Positions 12,359 through 24,269 are shown, counted from the whole stretch's first letter. The stretch is 63,300 bases of DNA, filler included, from Octopus bimaculoides (GCF_001194135.2; 6 parts of 5 records of this genome joined end to end with filler, not necessarily neighbours in it), one strand, 5' to 3'. The notes: generated by a model from the sequence alone, not told the origin. Program-made: numbers and translations.

Positions 12359-13222
12359 AAGGTGGCGAGCTGGCAGAAACGTTAGCACGCCGGGTGAAAT
12401 GCTTAGCGGTATTTCGTCTGCTGTTACATTCTGAGTTTAAATTACGCCGAGGTCGACTTTGCTTTTCATCCTTTCGGGGTCGATAAATTAAGTATCAGTT
12501 ACGCACTAGGGTCGATGGAATCGACTTAATCCCTTTGTCTGTCCTTGTTTGTCCCCTCTATGTTTAGCCTCTTGTGGGCAATAAAGAAATAAGAAACGTT
12601 AGCGCGCCGGGCGGAATGCTTAGCGATATTTCGTCTGTTTTCATGTTCTGAGTTCAAATTACACTGAAGTTGACTTTGCCTTCCATCTTTTCGGGGTCGA
12701 TAAATTAAGTACCAGTTTCGTACTGGTGTCGATCTAATCAACTAGCCCCCTCCCCCAAAATTTCGGGCCTTGTGCCTAGAGTAGAAAAGAATATTTTGTC
12801 TTAGCTGTAAGGTGGCAAGATAGCATAATCGTTACCACTCAGGACAAAATACTGCCGCTGGGGTCAACATTGCCTTTCCCCTTTTTGTGGAGTCGATAGA
12901 AAGTACCAGTTGAGCACTAGCATCGATGTAACGGACTTATCCCGCTCCCTCGAACTTGATGGCCTTGTGCCAAAATTTGGAACAAATATTTATTTTAACC
13001 GTAAGCAAAGAGCTGGCGGGTATATTTTTACTGCGCTGGAAAAAATGCTTAGCGGCATTTCTTAGACTTACGTTCTGAGTTCAAATTCCGCTGAGATCGA
13101 CTTTGCTTTTCATCCATTTGGAGTTGATAAAATAATTACCAGTTGAACACTGGCGTTGACATAATTCGAGTTACCCGCTCCCAAGAAACTGTTGGCCATG
13201 TGTCAAAAGTTGAAATCAATAT
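12359..13222 (+). mobile_element. Head-to-tail array of four SINE family B copies
   Basis: Copies start near 12359, 12595, 12809 and 13000; each has GAGTTCAAATT..GTCGACTTTGC..TCATC. Confidence 0.85.
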
Positions 13223-14422
13223 TTATTTTAGCTATAGTTACATACTGATAATTATTCAAAATGGGTCCATTTCCCGTAAAATAATTTCAGATCGCATGAA
13301 GCCAATGATTTTGGTTCCTAAGTCTTCGGCGGAAGATTGTTTTTCGAAGGAATTAAGTCTTAATTCAGCTCTGGATTGATTTCAGGAATGAGAAAGCAAA
13401 TAACATTTTTTTCCTACGTAATTCATTGACTCAATATTATGGAAACGTGGACATATTTAATTTTTTGTTAGTATTTCCTAGGATCTGCAACTAAAAACAA
13501 CAAAAATAATTTTCATCCCTTGAAATTATGTAGCACTTGTAATACAATGCAATATGTCTCTAAGAAATACTTCTATAATTACTTGCTTCGTTCTCACGTA
13601 TTAAGCTCTGGGAAATCAGGATAGTAAATAGCATATTCTTTGGAGAAGGCAATCTATTCGCCGTTAACTTTCGTCCATAATTTATTTAGTATCTTTGTCG
13701 CCATCAAAACAAACATATTGATGTCTTTCTAAATGGAACATTACATGTTGAAGAGAGGCCCATGAGAACTATAGTTTAAGCTATAGCACCTTCCACGGGG
13801 CCATGGCTTCTGAAATTTAGCATCTATTAAAGTACTTTTTCTATTATCTACATTATTGCATTTGGATTTTGTTCTGTGACAATCGTAGTGACATAATTAC
13901 ATTTATAATATGTTTATTCATACATTTTATTGATTTTAAAAGCTGCACTTACAATGATCACTTTACTTTCCACTAAAATGCTGAAAATCTAGTAATATCG
14001 TCCAATTTTCGAAATCCACTTTTGCTTTAGATCTTGGAAACTATTTTCCTAATATTTATAACGTAAGTGACTTTATGACCTGAAGTTCAAAGACATTGTT
14101 ATGATGTTATTTTTCAAATTCGCCGTCAACTATGAAAAAGGAAGTATAGTCATTTCTCATATGTACAGGACCATATTACATACTTCTTTGTAACAGTTTA
14201 AAACACTCTTGGTTACGTTTCAGTATTCGCTGATTTTGCAGATCCAAATCAACAATTTTCTTTTCTAAGTAATGATTATTAAAGATACAAATGAGTAGAC
14301 TATGTTTCTGAAAAACAAAACAAAAACACATTGAATTTGATCTGCAGCTTCTCGTAGTTTTTCTAATTTTTCATCAATCTTGGTTACAAGTGAAAGTAGT
14401 AAACTCTTATACTGTATGTACA

Positions 14423-15046
14423 AGGCCTGAAATTATGGGAGAGGGGTAAGTCAATTAGTACTTGTTTTATCGATCCTTAAGAATGAAAAGGCAGAGACGA
14501 CATCATCTGAATTGAACTCAGAACGTAAAGACGGATGAAATGTCACTGAACATTTTGTCCGGCGTGTTAACGATTCAGCCAGCTCGCAACTTTACTAGTA
14601 AAACTCTTTCCTCTTACAGGCACAAGCCTGAAATTTGTGGGTAAGGAGCTGGTCGATTGCATCAACGACACTACTTGACTGGTACTCATTTTATCGAATT
14701 CGAAAGGGTTGAAAGGCAAGGTCGAGCTGGGCGGGTTTTAAAACTACTAACGTAGAGACGAATGAAATGTTGCTAAGCATTTTTTCCACTGTGCTAACGA
14801 TTCTGCCAGCCCACAGCTTTCTAATTGAAAGTAATGATCCTTTCTGCTAAAGGCACAAGGCCTGAAATTTAGTGGGATGGAACTAATCGATTACATCGAC
14901 CCCAGTGTTTCACTGGTGCTTAATTTACCAATCCTGAAAGGATAAAAGACGACCTCGGTGGAATTTGAACTCAGAACTTAGTAACGGGCGAAATACGCTA
15001 AGCATTTCGTCCAGCGTGCTAACGATCCAGCCAGCTCTGCATCTTA
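14423..15046 (-). mobile_element. Head-to-tail array of three SINE family B copies
   Basis: CACAAGGCCTGAAAT at about 14420, 14620 and 14855, each followed by GAACTCAGAAC..CAGCCAGCTCG-like sequence. Confidence 0.8.
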
Positions 15047-16097
15047 ATTGAAAGTAATAAGGAAATCTTTTTTTGTATATATTAGTAACGTTCGAACAAT
15101 TACTACGATGTTTCGATAAAGTCTCTGATTTCATCGTAGGTTATTCAGTGGCCATTTTTTCGGTGTCCATGTGATACATAGTTTGATACAATTCGATTCT
15201 AATTATTTCTTTTTTTCATTAGATTCTACCCAGATATACATTTTAGAATAATACTTTTAGACTAAAATACGTAAGTAGTGAAAATAACAGAAATCCATTT
15301 CAGTTACTGTTCGCCTACATTCGTTTTAGCTGAATTGTGTAGTAATCCTTTGCTAAACAATGTCACATACTCAGCCGACAACATAACGTCTATCACTAAA
15401 ATAAACATAGCAATAGAAACCGTAATAAGCCTTGTCTGTTTTATGTCAAACCGCATCTACGAAACTTCCTTTTGTATATCGTCATGGGCGTATGATTTCC
15501 AAGTTAGCATCTGGCAAATTTCCTTTGCAGAGGGCTAATTGTATCATTAAATGCCCAGTTGAGAAACCTGCTTATTTTCAGTAAAAACAATTGAAAATAC
15601 TTAAGCATTGAGAGTGCCTAAATGTTCTTTGCCATTATGCTAAAACAGATCTGGAATCGCTATCCCGTAACATCTACGCTAGAAGTGATCCTTTGAAAAA
15701 GCTGTCTAATGTGGTGATACGTTGTTATTTGCATTTCGATCCCTCAATCCAACTGACAGAATTTAAATTACTAACTCCAAAACCAATTGAAATCAATTCA
15801 AATGATATATCAGTATGAAAAACTGAATTATAGCGACCCGAAAGCTTAAATTTGAAGATTAAAATGTGAAATTTTTGGTGCGATGAATGATGTAAATCTT
15901 ACTCTTTATTTTTTCTCCTCACCTGTCCCTTCACACTCTCCCAACTCCCCTCTCTCTCACTCCACACTCCTCTACCTTTCTCTTTCTGTGCGTGCATATA
16001 TATATATATATAGAAATATAAGGAGCAAGAATACTGGAGATTCAGTAAACAACACTTGGTAAGATTATGAGTTGAAAATATGTAAAGAAAGATGAAG

Positions 16098-16131
<34 letters not shown>

Positions 16132-16211
16132 ATTCGTTTTGCAAGATTTCTGATGTGAAATCGTGTGTTGAAACAGATATTGTATTTCGAGATGGTGTTT
16201 TTATTTATATT

Positions 16212-16400
16212 TTTGCCAAATAAACACATGCACTATAAATATATATTTTTTTTCTTTACTCGTTTCTTATGTTATTTTATTATTTTAACGCCAGTCCATT
16301 GTCCGGAAATCTTTCGTCACTCATCTGTAACGTTAAAATAATAAAATAACACTAATAAACGAGTGAAGAAAAAGATATAGTGCGTGTGTTTATTGGGAAA
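16212..16400. repeat. Inverted repeat (about 75-bp arms) around a 40-nt loop
   Basis: CTTTACTCGTTTCTTATGTTATTTTATTATTTTAACG (16254-16290) pairs with 16331-16368; pairing continues via AATAAACACATGCACTATA / TATAGTGCGTGTGTTTATT. Confidence 0.75.
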
Positions 16401-16678
16401 AAAAAAAAATAAAATGACCATCCCGAAATATAAAGTGACTGAGAACTTCACAGACACGTGTGACATCAACGTAGTTCTGAGGGAAATTCAGTATGACAGA
16501 GTGTATGATAAGGCTGGCTCTTTGAAATATAGGTACTACACATTTTTGCCAACCTGAGTGAACTGGTGTAACACGAAAGTAAAGTGTCTTGCTCAAAGAC
16601 ACATTGCGTCGCTGAAAATCAAACTTGCGGTCATGAGCCGAATACCCTGACCACTAGGGCCATGTGCATTCACCTGTG
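16400..16678 (-). mobile_element. SINE family D (CORE-like GTGTCTTTGAGCAAGACACTT)
   Basis: Reverse complement of a tRNA-like head (CTAGTGGTCAGGG) and CORE-like block. Confidence 0.65.
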
Positions 16679-16699
16679 TATAATATATGAGAGGACTCC

Positions 16700-17195
16700 C
16701 CTCGGTCATGAACAGTTATGGAATTGCACCGACAAAGTTCCCCTCCGCGGTACAAGCCCGGGCAAAGTTGTTTGTAGAAGGCCAGTGTCACCCAATCATG
16801 CCAGCCTACACTCTCCATGCCAGCCTCCACTCTCCATGCCAGCCTCCACTCTCCATGCCAGCCTCNNNNNNNNNNNNNNNNNNNNNNNNNNNNNNNNNNN
16901 NNNNNNTCATGCCAGCCTACACTCTCCATGCCAGCCTCCACTCTCCATGCCAGCCTCCACTCTCCATGCCAGCCTCCACTCTCCTAGCCACCGATGTTGT
17001 CCAAGGGAAAGGCAAAGGACGATACAGCTTGGCACCTGTGACATTGCAATTCGTTTCTACAGCTGAGTGTATTGGGGCAACGTGAAATAAAATGTCCTGC
17101 TCAAGAACACAGCACACAGCCCGGTCAGGAAATCGAACTCACTACTTCATGATTGTGAACCCGACGCTCTAATCACTGAGCATGTACCTTCACAC
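16700..17195 (-). mobile_element. SINE family D/related with internal minisatellite
   Basis: Head CAGTGATTAGAGCGTCGGGTTCACAATCATGAAG..GTTCGATTTCC on minus strand; GTGTTCTTGAGCAGGACA core. Confidence 0.65.
16797..16983. repeat. 19-bp minisatellite (CATGCCAGCCTCCACTCTC)n
   Basis: About 7.5 visible units, interrupted by an N gap at 16866-16906. Confidence 0.9.
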
Positions 17196-17234
17196 ACACA
17201 TACACACACGCACACACACAAACATACATATTAG

Positions 17235-17440
17235 TTTCAAATTTTGGCACAAGGCCAACAAGTTCGGGGCAAGAAGTAAGTCAATTACATCGACCCCAGT
17301 GTTCAACTGGTACTTATTTGATCGACTGAGAGAACGAAAGGCAAAGTGAACATTGGCGAAATTCGAACTCAGAACGTACGTATGTATGAAACGCCTCTAA
17401 GCATTTTCCCGGCGTGCTACGATTCAGCCAGCTTGCTACC
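17235..17440 (-). mobile_element. SINE family B
   Basis: TTTCAAATTTTGGCACAAGGCC..GAACTCAGAACG..CAGCCAGCTTGC. Confidence 0.85.
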
Positions 17441-18156
17441 TTCATAAATACATATATATCGATAGAGCACTGAAGACATAAGCAAAATAATGAAGACAAT
17501 ATTTCTCGAAAGAACCTACTTTAACAAATAGACAAATAATGAACAAGAAAAGCCTAAATTTGAACCGATATTTATTAAGAACATGAACATAAAAAGGTGT
17601 AAAAATATTTTCAAATTGACAACAATGACAGAATGAATTTATTGGTTGTATTTGAAAGTGTATGAAAGATATATCAAATAATTGATGTCAACTTAGTTCT
17701 TTCATATTCTTCGTGTGTCATCACTAGGTGGTTAGCATTAAGTTGATATGACGGGACGTGAGTGGGTGGGGCGAGTGCTTGGAATTTACTATGAAACTGA
17801 CTTGAAATTCACAGTTCTAAAGTGTGATTTGACTGAAACTTGGCTAATATTTCTAAACAATACTTTTTTTTCCTGCCTGCAGCCTTTTAGTTGTGGTTAT
17901 GCCTTATGTCAGAAGTAAACGAACAGACATTTGATGAAAGGCTTTGCAGCCATGACGATTGTCTCTGTATATAATTCGATAACGTTTTTTAAAATACTGA
18001 TGCCGTCCCGGGCATTATGTAGTATACGATATTAGAAAATGAAAACAGAAGATAACCTATATTCTCATTTATCTTCCTTTTGTTTTGAGAAATTTGAATT
18101 GAAAAAAAACAAACAAACAAGGAAACAAAGACAAATAAAGAATAAGAAATAATAGC

Positions 18157-18172
18157 ATAGATAGATAGATAA

Positions 18173-18235
<63 letters not shown>
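18157..18235. repeat. (GATA)n array
   Basis: Direct reading. Confidence 0.97.
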
Positions 18236-18236
<1 letters not shown>

Positions 18237-18703
18237 GTAAATACACACAGTGTGGATGTGTCGGGTTGGGGGTTGGGTCGAAGATCAACGAAATGCTAGA
18301 GCGCAGGCAGCCCCTCGTGGTGAGGGATCACCGTGTAAAGGCTTTGGATGTCGAGAGTGGAGAGAAGTTTAGAGGGGCCAGGGGGGAAGGAGTTGAACAA
18401 ACGAAGGGCGTGGTTGGTGTCAGGGATGTGAGAGGAGAGGGAAACCACTAAGAGGCAAGGACACAGTCAAGATATCTGGAGGTGAGTTCGGTGGGGCAGT
18501 TGCAGGCGGAGAAGATGGGGCGGCTTGTGGATTTTGGGGAGGAAGTAAATAGTGGGGTTGCGATGGGTGTGGACAATGAGGTTGGAGGCGGTGAGGGGCA
18601 GACGGGAGGAGGAGATGAGGTTATGGATAGTGGAGGACAAAATCTGTTTGTCGCCGGGCGTCAGGTCAAAGGGCAAAGGGCAGTAGAAGGTGTCTTGAAG
18701 TTG
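18236..18703 (-). mobile_element. Penelope-like element reverse transcriptase fragment (decayed)
   Basis: Minus-strand translation QLQDTFYCPLPFDLT..PTIYFLPKIHKP..PTELTSRYLD..LDIQSLYTVIPHHEGL matches the PLE RT motifs (YxLPKIHK; LDVxSLYTxIP); contains frameshifts. Confidence 0.85.
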
Positions 18704-18770
<67 letters not shown>

Positions 18771-18799
18771 GGTGGGAGAGAGAGACAGACAGAGAAAGA

Positions 18800-18835
<36 letters not shown>

Positions 18836-18859
18836 TGACTGACTGACTGACTGACTGAC

Positions 18860-18895
<36 letters not shown>

Positions 18896-18905
18896 AGATA
18901 GATAC
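18704..18905. repeat. Compound (GATA)(GA)(GACA)(GACT)(GATT) microsatellite
   Basis: Direct reading. Confidence 0.95.
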
Positions 18906-19475
18906 ATAGATACAAAGATGCTCCAGATTTCTCCAAATCATGTAATAAGCGATAAAATGCAATAGAAGTGATAATTTTAGCGATGTGTTATATGATAAAC
19001 ATTAAGCACGGTTCATGAAATCTACTCTTTAGATACAGGTTTGACATTGTTCGTTTGACATCGTGAAGTTTCACTACATCGAATTGTACACCTAGGAAAG
19101 AATTCATTTCAGTAATTTCCGGCATTCATCATGATGATAAATTAACTGTTTCCAATAATGCTATGGACATACATCAGATAAATTCTGGGACATACGTTCC
19201 AAATTTTCAAGATATTGAGTATAAAAATCACCATTGTAACTAACAACACCATAGTCCCTATCAACTTTAGTACGTATTCATACAAATTTATAAGGAAACG
19301 AATATGGAGACGTGTCACTTACTCATAGTTTTAAAAATCTAATGAAGAACATAAGTCGACTCCAAAGAAAGTTACTTTGATGAGTGGGTGGAGGCTATCA
19401 TATTAATGCGGCGGTTGACATAAAGATAAAGAAAATTATATCTTCAACGATATTAGTAATAATACTCATAATTAA

Positions 19476-19611
19476 CCCTTTGAGCCCTGACCCCTTGAAC
19501 CTTATTTTACCATATACCTGGCACTCCACCGGTGCTACGGCATAGAGTGCTGCTACGGTATAGAGACAAATAAGCCATCCACCGGTAAACCGGTGCTATG
19601 GGCTCAAAGGG
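19476..19611. mobile_element. piggyBac-like MITE (136 bp)
   Basis: Perfect 12-bp TIR CCCTTTGAGCCC / GGGCTCAAAGGG; flanked by TTAA (19472-19475) and TCAA (19612-19615). Confidence 0.7.
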
Positions 19612-20402
19612 TCAAGAGCATTAAAAAGGAAAGGCAATATAGCATCATTTGGCTCATGGTTGCTTAATGTAAAATTTTATGTTTAAAATCTTTATCAGCT
19701 TAGTAGCGATCCAGCCACGGATATGGGAAATTATTTGGCACATGAAAAATATATTACAAATACTTACAAATCACACATGAATAAATTTCTTCGGGCAAGG
19801 AACCCAAATCTTGCTAACTAAAAAGAGCTGCAAGACACGCTATAATAACCACATGACTTACTTTACAGCTACATCTGGTCCATAAAAGCAATACCTTCAG
19901 TTAGAATAACAGACGGAATACTCTTGAAAAATTCATACACGAATAGTTGCAAAAATGTAATTTAAGCGTTGTTGAAGGAAATTTGATAATGAAACTTCTA
20001 AAATAACCAGTTATCATCCTAAATTCCAAATTTGAAATATTCTGAAAATGTAGCTATAATCCTTCGATAAAAATCTGGATTACCCCACGGTTTTCGATTT
20101 TGGTCTCCTCTCATGTTTGACTGCAGAACAATTAAGCATTTTAAAGAACATCCGTATTATTCCTGGTAGGAGAAAGACGCTGCTATTCGAGTTTGTAAAA
20201 GACATGATTAGTAAATTAGTAAATTATTACATAATCTATAGAAAAAGTGTTGCCAATGATATTTGTACCCTAAGAGTTTGGGTTACATAATCAAAGTCTG
20301 CCAATGCGGGAGTGAATGCTTTCATTTCTAATAAAAATACCTTTGTTTCTGTCACACAGACATGCTCATAATCACATACGCACGCGAGCGCACACACACA
20401 CA

Positions 20403-20771
20403 CACATACAGGAGTGACTGTATGGCAAGAAGCTTGCTTCTCAAGCACATGGTTCTAGGTTTACTCCTACTCCGTAGCACCCTGGGTCTGACCAAAGCCT
20501 TGAGTGGATTTGGTAGAGGAAACTGAAAGAAGCCCGTCGTATATATATATATATATAGGCGCAGGAGTGGCTGTGTGGTAAGTAGCTTGCTTACCAACCA
20601 CATGGTCTCCGGGTTCAGTCCCACTGTGTGGCACCTTGGGCAAGTGTCTTCTACTATAGCCTCGGGCCGACCAAAGCCTTGTGAATGGATTTGGTAGATG
20701 GAAACTGAAAGAAGCCCGTCTTATATATGTATATATATGTGTATGTGTGCATATGTTGTGTATCTGTGTGT
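20403..20771 (+). mobile_element. Two tandem SINE family A 5' halves
   Basis: Copies at about 20403-20540 and 20557-20771, each ending GGAAACTGAAAGAAGCCCGTC followed by (TA)n. Confidence 0.9.
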
Positions 20772-20871
20772 NNNNNNNNNNNNNNNNNNNNNNNNNNNNN
20801 NNNNNNNNNNNNNNNTTAATTAATTAANNNNNNNNNNNNNNNNNNNNNNNNNNNNNNNNNNNNNNNNNNNN
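20772..20871. other. Artificial 100-bp join spacer
   Basis: N44 + TTAATTAATTAA (20816-20827; stops in all six frames) + N44. Confidence 0.97.
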
Positions 20872-21439
20872 TTTCAGTTAGATTTCTGATTTGAGGATGC
20901 TGTCCAGCCATCTTACCTCCCCCAGCAATCTCAGAAGCTCTGTAGAGAGTCGTGAATATTGCCTTCTCTGCCGACTAAAAGGTACAGAAAAACAAAACAC
21001 AATCTTATTTCATAGGCATGGCTATGTGGTTGAAAAGCTTACATTGCAACCAAATGGTTTCAGGTTCAGTTCAACTCTGTAGCACTTTGGACAGATGTCT
21101 TTTACTAAAACCCTGGGCCAGCCAATGCCTTGTGTGTGAATTTGGTAGACAGGAAATGTGTCAAGTCCATCAGGAAACGGTGTTTCCTAGGGCTAAATAA
21201 CAGTAGCATTCTTCCCTTTTATTAAGCTGACAACATGCTGTCACTTTATTGTGCTGAGATTTAGAAATCTATTATTATTTCTACTTTTAAAAATGTTGAT
21301 ATCCTTTACTTGCTACCTCAAGAGGTTTTAACACTTCTTAAGGATGTTTAACTATTCCTGTTGAAATACAATGCCTTTGTTTGAGTTAATCTTGTTTAGT
21401 AAAGATCATTTTGTCATTATTAAACTGTGGAAGTTAACA

Positions 21440-21632
21440 AGCTGGCAGAATTGTTAGCATTTTGTCTAGCTGAACGTTTTGACTTCAAATTCTGCTGAGG
21501 TTAACTTTGCTTTTCATCCTTTTGTGGGGTCATTGAAATACATACCAGGCTAGTTACGCCCTGGGATCAATGTAATCAACTAGATCTCCTCCCACAAAAA
21601 TTTCATGCCTTGTGCCTTTAGCAGAAAGAATT
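21440..21632 (+). mobile_element. Decayed SINE family B
   Basis: GCTGGCAGAATTGTTAGCA..TTCAAATTCTGCTGAGG..GCCTTGTGCC. Confidence 0.75.
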
Positions 21633-21769
21633 ATTAATGAAAGTTCGATGGAAGAAGGTTAAGCATGAAGTCTGTAAGAGGACCAAGGAAAATCTGAATC
21701 AGGTAAGTGTGAAAACCTTTTGAAGCCAACCTACCTGGTTCAGCATCACCGTCACCATCATTTAATGCC

Positions 21770-21905
21770 TGTTCTCCTTGCTGGCATGGGTTGGACGATT
21801 TGACCAGAGTTGGGGAGCTGCACCAGACGCCAGTCTGATTTGGTAGGGTTTCTACATCTGGGTGCCCTTCCTAACGCCAACCACTTTACAGAGTGTGCTG
21901 GGTGC
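21770..21905 (-). mobile_element. RTE-tail SINE/LINE 3' fragment
   Basis: TGCTGGCATGGGTTGGACG is the reverse complement of the tail at 2690. Confidence 0.6.
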
Positions 21906-22125
21906 TTTTACTGGTTCTATGGTTAAAAAAAAAAAAAACTTCCTGTTTTAAATTGATCTCAGAACTTCTCATTAAAATTTCATGTTAATTTTTGTTCCAA
22001 ACATCAGCTTTATAATGATGGTTATTCTTCATTGTATTCTTCATTGTCTTCTGAATTAATTAAAAGCAAACAGCATATTTCTACAGAAGGAGAGCTAACA
22101 GGTATGTTCCTTTGTGTATTTCCAG

Positions 22126-22244
22126 CATTATATCAGAAGATGGTGGTTTGCAACTGAAAAGAAAGTTTCCGATCAAACACAGAACGGCTCATGTTAAAAG
22201 TACATTTTGTCCTCTGATGTCATTCAGACAAGGTGCATGTGTCA
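22126..22244 (+). CDS. WDR13: WD repeat-containing protein 13, penultimate coding exon
   Basis: TTTCCAG acceptor and GTC A|GTAAGT donor. IISEDGGLQLKRKFPIKHRTAHVKSTFCPLMSFRQGACV matches the WDR13 motif LQLKRxFPI..FCPLMSFRQGACV. Confidence 0.95.
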
Positions 22245-22408
22245 GTAAGTACAAACAACTGATTAAGTTTATGGGGCTTTTTTGTTTATCACAATATCAA
22301 TGGACTTGAGAAAACCACTTCTAGTTTTATGATATTAAACCCTGCTGATTAGTCTCCCCATGCCCAAGGATATTCCATCAATGACCATCCCATTTTTTTT
22401 TCTTTTTC

Positions 22409-22545
22409 TTAGTGGTTAGGGTGTTGGACTCACAATCGTAAGATTCTGGTTTCGATTCCTGGACAGGGCAATGCAGTGTGTTCTTGAACAAAACACTTCA
22501 TTTCACTCTGCTCCAGTCCACTGAGCTGACAAAACTGAGTTTAGC
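22409..22545 (+). mobile_element. SINE family D in WDR13 intron
   Basis: TAGTGGTTAGGGTGTTGGACTCACAATC..GGTTTCGATTCC (A/B boxes) followed by GTGTTCTTGAACAAAACACTT. Confidence 0.8.
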
Positions 22546-22926
22546 CTGGAAAAGGATGGGCTCCACCAGGCTTTCTCACCTTAGATATGCTGCATGGCTG
22601 AAACACCCCAACGATTCTCAAGGGGTTAAGGGATTCGACAATTGTCAATCTAGGAATACATTATACTAAAAGCAAAAAAAAAAAACCTCCCTCACCTTAG
22701 AAGTTGACATTTTAATAGCTGACAAATGATGTGTTCCTCGACTGGGTGAAATGGTGCTAAGCACTTTGAATTACATGCCAGCCTGCTGCAATAATAGCCC
22801 CTATAATGTAGCAATGTTGCTTATTAATGACTTAACAAGTGATGTTGCTATAAAGTAGGAATATTACTCTATGTATAAACAGATATGCAACATTATTTCT
22901 ATGAAGTAGTGTCTCTATACGTGAAA

Positions 22927-23050
22927 GCATGTGACCTAGTGGTTAGAGGTGTTCCTTATGATTGCAAGATCATGGTTTCAATTCCAGGCCCAAGTGGTGC
23001 ATTGTGTTCTTAAGCAAAACACTTCAATTTTCATTGCTCTAGTGCATTCA
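22927..23050 (+). mobile_element. Decayed SINE family D in WDR13 intron
   Basis: CTAGTGGTTAGAG..GGTTTCAATTCC..GTGTTCTTAAGCAAAACACTT. Confidence 0.7.
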
Positions 23051-23379
23051 AGTCCTTAGGAAGTTAACCCTGTTACAGAACAGTCTCTTGTTCAGCCAGA
23101 GAAGGGGAATATTTTAATCTCAGTTACTTAGACTGGATTAAGCTTCAGCCTTTCAAGCCCTGGGGGCTCATGACAGACCAATCTCTCTTAGAGAGTGGTG
23201 TCTCTACAGAGTAGGAGCTTCATGGCAGCTTAGAAAATGCCCCTCTATCAATGGCAGATAGTCTTAATAAAGATGTGTCTGTCTTGTAATCAATGGAGAT
23301 GTTTCCAGGAACTAACACCTCCCACATGCATAAAAAAATACATGAAAAATAGCCATCCAGGATTCCAGCCCCTCCTTAA

Positions 23380-23566
23380 CCTTTCAGCTTACTCTGTTAA
23401 ATGTAATGCTTATTTATTCACATGGTTTTGAATTAATCTTGCATTCAAGATTTTAAGAATGTGATGGTTTGTTTTTGGTAGCTGTGAAAGGCTGGATCTG
23501 GCCACTTTGAACATAAGATAGGTAGAATATTTGAACCAGATATGGACAGTTTAAATTCTAAAAGGG
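23380..23566. mobile_element. TTAA-flanked piggyBac-like MITE in WDR13 intron
   Basis: TTAA|CCTTT.. ..AAAAGGG|TTAA termini. Confidence 0.65.
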
Positions 23567-23673
23567 TTAAAGATTTCTTGTTTAAATTTCAGAATAAAAT
23601 TAAATTTAAAAGGTTAAATTCAAACAAAGAATGTGACCTATGAAAAGTCAAAATGTTTTTAGAAATATTTTGA

Positions 23674-23919
<246 letters not shown>

Positions 23920-24263
23920 AAACATAAATTCATACATTTGATGCTTCAACTTCACTTTCATCCTTTAAAACGTTAAAAAAAAAAGTAAATGTATGAAGGA
24001 TGAACCAGAAAAGCCATAAATTGATATGGTTAACAAAAAAAAAGTCTAAGTATCACATAATAGTGTATAGTGCTCAGGTGCACTACAACATGTATGTGTA
24101 CTTACACATAGTGTGTGTGTGTGTGTGTGAGTATATATATGTATACACACATTTATTATTCTTAAATAAGAATATTATTGACAGTGACAAGCCATCATCG
24201 ACTGTGATGGTTTAGCTGACTGATATTTCAAAGTCACTGTCAAAAGCGTTCTTATATAAAAAT

Positions 24264-24269
24264 AATAAA
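24264..24269 (+). promoter_or_regulatory. Candidate polyadenylation signal for WDR13
   Basis: AATAAA about 345 nt after the stop, with another at 24532. The context is AT-rich, so these may be chance. Confidence 0.25.

Noticed and set aside
16797-16983. Regularly repeated 19-mer as a possible CRISPR array
   Set aside because: No spacers, eukaryotic context and no cas genes
20816-20827. TTAATTAATTAA as a biological motif or piggyBac target
   Set aside because: Always centred in exactly 88 Ns; synthetic linker
21635-21708. Short open frame ending in CAG|GTAAGT upstream of the WDR13 exon
   Set aside because: No WDR13 similarity and wrong phase (0, but 2 is needed); lies in decayed repeat sequence
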